NCBI GenBank assembly: GCA_963708135.1
Contig: OY970192.1
Coordinates: 2,656,001-2,720,000, forward strand
Direction of reading: 5' to 3'
DNA length: 64,000 nt
Source: an uncultured Gemmatimonadales bacterium
GTDB taxonomy: Bacteria; Gemmatimonadota; Gemmatimonadetes; Longimicrobiales; RSA9
The notes below the pieces were generated by a model. The model saw only the letters and a program-made list of their open reading frames with translations, did not search any database and had not been told where the DNA came from. Within the stretch, counting starts at the first letter, position 1. The number at the start of each line of letters is the position of its first letter. Below are positions 60,251 through 64,000 of the stretch, in pieces. The position numbers and the translations under genes were made by a program.

Positions 60251-61489
60251 TCATTGCGTGAGGGCGAGCCCGTGCTTCGCGTCGAGGGCGGCGGCGATCC
60301 GGTTGGCGATGATCTGCTGCGCGGCGCTGGACGGGTGCAGGCCGTCGTAGCTCACGAGGGAGCCGAAGAAGTTCGGCGCCGCGGGGCCGGGGCAGGTGCT
60401 CTCGACGGCGGCCTGGAACTGGTCGGGCGTGGTCGCGGCGGCGAGGCCCTGACAGTCGCGGAGCTGGGAGGGATCGGCGAGCGCCGGCTCGAGGAGCTCC
60501 GCGTTCGGATCGATGTAGATCCAGTCGTTGGCGTTGGCGGCGGACTCGATGGCGGCGTTGAAGTCCCGCACGCGCGTCTCGATCGTACCGACCTCGGCGA
60601 GCGAGAGCACGTGGGGCGCGTCGGGCGCGCAGCTGATCGCCGGGACGGATGCATCGGTCACTGCGGCGAACGACACGATGTTCTGCGCCAGCGGGTTCGG
60701 CCGGCCGAGCAGGTCGTAGGCGGAGCAGTCGAGGCTCACGGGCTTCGGCAGCAGGCCTGCCTGCAATGCGGCGAAGAAGAACGCGCCCGGCTGCAGGAAC
60801 GGGGCGAGCAGCGGGTCAATGACGCCGATCAGGACGGCATCCTGCGCGGGCGTGTTCCGGATGGCCGTCACCAGTTGGGCGAGACTCGCCTGGAAGCTGG
60901 AAAGCGACGTCGCGAGCGCGGGATCGCCGGCGTCGGCCGCGTCCAGCACGTCGTTGTTGCCGACCCAGACGGACACCAGCGTCGGCCGCGCCTCCGCCAT
61001 GGCCTCGGCCTGCGTGCGGCCGCCCAGGATCAGGGTGGTCAGCGCGTTGGCCCTGCTCTCCGGGCCTCCATTGTCCAGCAGGTCCGCGATGGCCGCGTCC
61101 GGCACGGCCAGATTCTGCACGAGGGCCGGTGGCGGCGTGGCGCGCAGCGAGCACTCGGGGGCGGACGAGCCGCCCACGCGATCAGGCCCCAGCGGCACGG
61201 CCAGCGGCGGCGGACAGCCCGGCATGGCCAGCGCCGGGACGCCGAACTGCGCGTGCGCCATGCGCGCCAGCAGCACGGGGTAGGCCCGCTCCTGCGTGCT
61301 GTCGTTGATGCCGCCGGACTGGAAGCCGGCGGTGATGGAGTTGCCGAGCGCGACATAGCGCTGGAACAGGCCGGCGGCCGCCGCCGACTGCGGCGCGATC
61401 ACGGCCTCGTCGCTGGCGCAGCCGGCCAGGAGGGTGGCCGCGAGGGCCGCCGCCACGCGCCGGAGCGCCCGGCCCGTCTGCCTGCTCAT
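60251..61489 (-). CDS. SGNH/GDSL-type hydrolase lipoprotein
   Basis: LLAGC lipobox, YVALGNSITAG, WVGNND, DGLHPS; ATG at 61489 with GGAGG RBS. Confidence 0.85.
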   Translation of the reverse strand: MSRQTGRALRRVAAALAATLLAGCASDEAVIAPQSAAAAGLFQRYVALGNSITAGFQSGGINDSTQERAYPVLLARMAHAQFGVPALAMPGCPPPLAVPLGPDRVGGSSAPECSLRATPPPALVQNLAVPDAAIADLLDNGGPESRANALTTLILGGRTQAEAMAEARPTLVSVWVGNNDVLDAADAGDPALATSLSSFQASLAQLVTAIRNTPAQDAVLIGVIDPLLAPFLQPGAFFFAALQAGLLPKPVSLDCSAYDLLGRPNPLAQNIVSFAAVTDASVPAISCAPDAPHVLSLAEVGTIETRVRDFNAAIESAANANDWIYIDPNAELLEPALADPSQLRDCQGLAAATTPDQFQAAVESTCPGPAAPNFFGSLVSYDGLHPSSAAQQIIANRIAAALDAKHGLALTQ

Positions 61490-61566
61490 CTCGTCCCTCC
61501 CGTGTTCGCGTGCCCCCGTGCGCGGGCCGCCCTGTCGTCCGCGCGCCCCCGCCCGCGCCGGCCGAC

Positions 61567-62958
61567 TCACCGGGCACCGCCCGGATGCCAGGTCAGCGAG
61601 AGGCCGAACAGGTTGCCCGTCGAGGTGAACACGCCGCGGTCGGGCGGGACCGCGTCCACCAATGTGCGCACGCGCAGCCGTCCTCGCCGGTCGGCCTGGA
61701 GGAGCAGGAGGTAATAGGCATCCACGGTGAAGCCAGGGGCGACGTCGTAGCCGAACCCGACGGTGTACTCGTTGCGCGGACCCTCGGGCAGGAGCGGCGA
61801 GACGCCGCCCGGCCCCTCGGCCGCGTCGTTGTAGGAGAAGCCGGCGCGGAGCGCGAGCGCCGCCGTGGCCGCGTAGTCGGCGCCGACGCGCCAGGTGCCG
61901 GTGTTGCGCCAGTCGAAGACCAGGTCCTCGTCGGGCGCGGTCTGGAAGTCGAGCGCGACCTTCTCGAGCCGGGACCAGCCCGTCCAGGTGTAGTCGCCGG
62001 CGAGATGGAGCCCGTTCGCGGCCTCGAAGCCGAGGCCGGCCACGAGCACGGCGGGCAGGGCGATGCTGGTGGCGAGCGCCTGGTCCGCGAGCGGCCCCTT
62101 GAACTGGGAGGCGAGCAGCTCGTCCACGGGCGTGCCGGCCGGGAGCTGGAACGGGTTGTTGGGCGGGAGCGTCAGGTTGGTGGGCACCTGGCGGAAGACG
62201 GCGGTGCCGTTCTTCACCTTCACGGTGGTCGCGGTCTCGTAGCGGAGGCCGAGCGAGATACGGTCGGTCGGTCGGGCGAGGATGCCGAAGTTGCCGGCCA
62301 GGCTGGTGGCGTGGCCGGCCAGCGTCACGTCGCCGAAATCGGTCCCGGAGGGCACGCCGAGCTGCGCGAAGGTGACGGGCGCCCCGTTGATGACGGCGGC
62401 CACCTGGTCGGCCAGGTCGAGGCGCTGCTCGATGCTGACGGAGGTGAAGATCGCGTCCAGGCCCGCGCCGACGGCGAGGCGGCCGGGCACGACCTGCCAG
62501 GCGGCCGTCGGCTGCACGAAGATCGAGTGCAGGCTGTTGTCGTACCCCGCGAAGCGGCCCTCGAAGGAAAGCGGCCAGCTGAGCGAGAGGCCGAACGGCG
62601 CGTTCACGGCGAGCCCGAAGCCGAGCCGGCCGCGGGCGAGGCGCGCCATCGCGTACGCGTTCGGCACCAGCGCGGTCTGCGTGGGCCGCCGCGCCGTGAC
62701 GCCGGTCGAGTCGTAGATGAAGTGGTTCGAGGAGAGGATGGCGCTGCCGCCGACGCTCAGGGCACCCGGCATCACCGCCGTCCCGGCGGGGTTGTAGAAC
62801 ACCGTCGAGCCGTCTCCGCAGGGCAGCGCCACGCCGGCATCGACGCGGCCGCTGAGGCAGGCGCTCTGCGGGCCGATGGCGATCCCCTGCCCCGCCACGG
62901 GAGCGGCGGCCGCGAGGGCGCCGAGCGCGAGAGCTCCGATCCGCAGCCTTGAACTCAT
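61567..62958 (-). CDS. OmpP1/FadL-family outer-membrane transporter
   Basis: Signal peptide, STVFYNPAG hatch motif, NAPFGL, YTWTGWS, LRAGFSY, C-terminal LSLTWH. Confidence 0.85.
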   Translation of the reverse strand: MSSRLRIGALALGALAAAAPVAGQGIAIGPQSACLSGRVDAGVALPCGDGSTVFYNPAGTAVMPGALSVGGSAILSSNHFIYDSTGVTARRPTQTALVPNAYAMARLARGRLGFGLAVNAPFGLSLSWPLSFEGRFAGYDNSLHSIFVQPTAAWQVVPGRLAVGAGLDAIFTSVSIEQRLDLADQVAAVINGAPVTFAQLGVPSGTDFGDVTLAGHATSLAGNFGILARPTDRISLGLRYETATTVKVKNGTAVFRQVPTNLTLPPNNPFQLPAGTPVDELLASQFKGPLADQALATSIALPAVLVAGLGFEAANGLHLAGDYTWTGWSRLEKVALDFQTAPDEDLVFDWRNTGTWRVGADYAATAALALRAGFSYNDAAEGPGGVSPLLPEGPRNEYTVGFGYDVAPGFTVDAYYLLLLQADRRGRLRVRTLVDAVPPDRGVFTSTGNLFGLSLTWHPGGAR

Positions 62959-63001
62959 CTCGAATCCACCTGTCGCATGGGTCGTCCTGGGCGTCACGAC
63001 C

Positions 63002-63016
63002 GCAAGCGGCCGGCCA
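63002..63016 (-). promoter_or_regulatory. Putative sigma54 promoter of the FadL-SGNH operon
   Basis: Minus strand TGGCCGGCCGCTTGC (TGGC-N7-TTGC), 44 nt upstream of ATG 62958. Confidence 0.55.
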
Positions 63017-63055
63017 GCAACGCTGCCAGAGTAGAGCTTCGCGCGCGCGAGCGCA

Positions 63056-63356
63056 TTGGAGGATCCCCCGACGCGGCGTAGGGGGAAAGACTGTCACGAC
63101 CCGGCGCTCCGGTCGCCTCGCAAGGGCGTTCCACGCGGAGACGGCGGGGAGCGGAGTCACGAGGACCTGCTTCCAGCGCGCCGGGGCGAGGCGGTCCCCC
63201 GACCTGATCTCGACCACGAGCGCCCCCGCCACCAGCAGGCCCAGGCGGAGGATCCGGCCGGCCGCGTGGAACGCTGCTGATCCGTGCGGGGCACAGGAAT
63301 AGGAGGATGCGCCGGAGCTCGCGGGTTGGAGGATCCCCCGACACGGCGTGGGGGGA
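63056..63356. repeat. Two 31-bp direct repeats with internal dyad symmetry, 270 bp apart
   Basis: TTGGAGGATCCCCCGACGCGGCGTAGGGGGA (63056-63086) and TTGGAGGATCCCCCGACACGGCGTGGGGGGA (63326-63356); 29 of 31 identical. Confidence 0.75.
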
Positions 63357-63434
63357 TTCCCTGGTGGCCCGGGCGCCGCGCATGGGCCACATTCCCGCGC
63401 GGAGCCGACCGTCACCCGAACCCCGCAAGGCACG

Positions 63435-64000
63435 ATGGCATCCTCGCTCGACAGCATCCTGAGACCCGCATCGGTGGCGGTGGTCGGCGCTAGCCGTACG
63501 CCGGGCACGATCGGCTGGCAGATCGTCAACAACCTGCTGCGCCACGGCTACCAGGGCGCGGTCTACCCGGTGAACCCGAAGGCGACGTCGGTGCACAGCG
63601 TCGCGGCGTTCCCAACTGTCACGGCGATCCCGGCGCGCGTGGACATGGCGGTCATCGTGGTGCCGAAGGACCTCGTGCTGGACGTCGTGGACGATTGCGG
63701 CGAGAAAGGGGTCGCCGGGCTCGTGGTCATCAGCGCCGGGTTCCGCGAGGTCGGCGGCGCGGGGGTGGAGCGCGAGCGCCAGCTGGCGGAGCGCGCGCGC
63801 CGCTACGGGATGCGGCTCGTCGGCCCCAACTGCATGGGTGTGCTGAACACCGATCCCGCGGTCTCCATGAACGCGACGTTCGCACCGACCATGCCGCCGC
63901 GCGGGTTCGTCAGCATGATGAGCCAGTCGGGCGCCATGGGCGTGACGATCCTCGACTACGCGGCGGAGTACGGCATCGGGATCCACGGCTTCGTGTCGGT
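63435..64000 (+). CDS. Acetate/acyl-CoA ligase (ADP-forming) family protein, truncated by the window end and absent from the ORF track
   Basis: Manual translation: MASSLDSILRPASVAVVGAS..VYPVNP..ISAGFRE..RLVGPNCMG..SQSGA. Confidence 0.88.
   Translation, partial: MASSLDSILRPASVAVVGASRTPGTIGWQIVNNLLRHGYQGAVYPVNPKATSVHSVAAFPTVTAIPARVDMAVIVVPKDLVLDVVDDCGEKGVAGLVVISAGFREVGGAGVERERQLAERARRYGMRLVGPNCMGVLNTDPAVSMNATFAPTMPPRGFVSMMSQSGAMGVTILDYAAEYGIGIHGFVS

Noticed and set aside
60251..63532. 1093-aa ORF, and similar N-terminally extended ORFs such as 49648..52710, 35140..38067 and 52715..56482, as fusion proteins
   Set aside because: The extensions are out-of-frame read-through across upstream genes or intergenic DNA; true starts with RBS or coupled stops lie internally.

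Overview
Very GC-rich bacterial chromosome segment. Gene content and order suggest Gemmatimonadota (inference). Most genes are on the minus strand. The window is dominated by a ~44 kb type IVa pilus locus (8.8-52.7 kb), read right to left: pilS-pilR; an 18-gene glycosylation island; pilA; a GT-C-like membrane protein; a second pilin; a second sensor/sigma54-regulator pair; a G-rich repeat tract; two complete FimT-PilV-PilW-PilX minor-pilin cassettes; pilMNOPQ. Housekeeping genes follow (aroC with a 1-nt frameshift, aroK, topA, trmFO, xerC), then a large repeat lipoprotein preceded by a c-di-GMP-I-like riboswitch. The most striking feature is the island: three tandem TMTC/DUF1736-like putative protein O-glycosyltransferases lie directly upstream of pilA, with three more GT-C-like proteins, three polyprenyl-phosphate-sugar-synthase-like GT2s, GT4/GT2s, a flippase, two methyltransferases and a sulfotransferase-like protein. 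This is a candidate eukaryote-like pilin glycosylation system. The right end encodes a peptidase/beta-propeller/Omp85 fusion, a Phd-PIN toxin-antitoxin pair, wecB with a 282-bp MITE (8-bp target duplication) upstream, an SGNH lipoprotein-FadL pair and a truncated acyl-CoA synthetase. All calls come from motif recognition by eye; no database searches were run.
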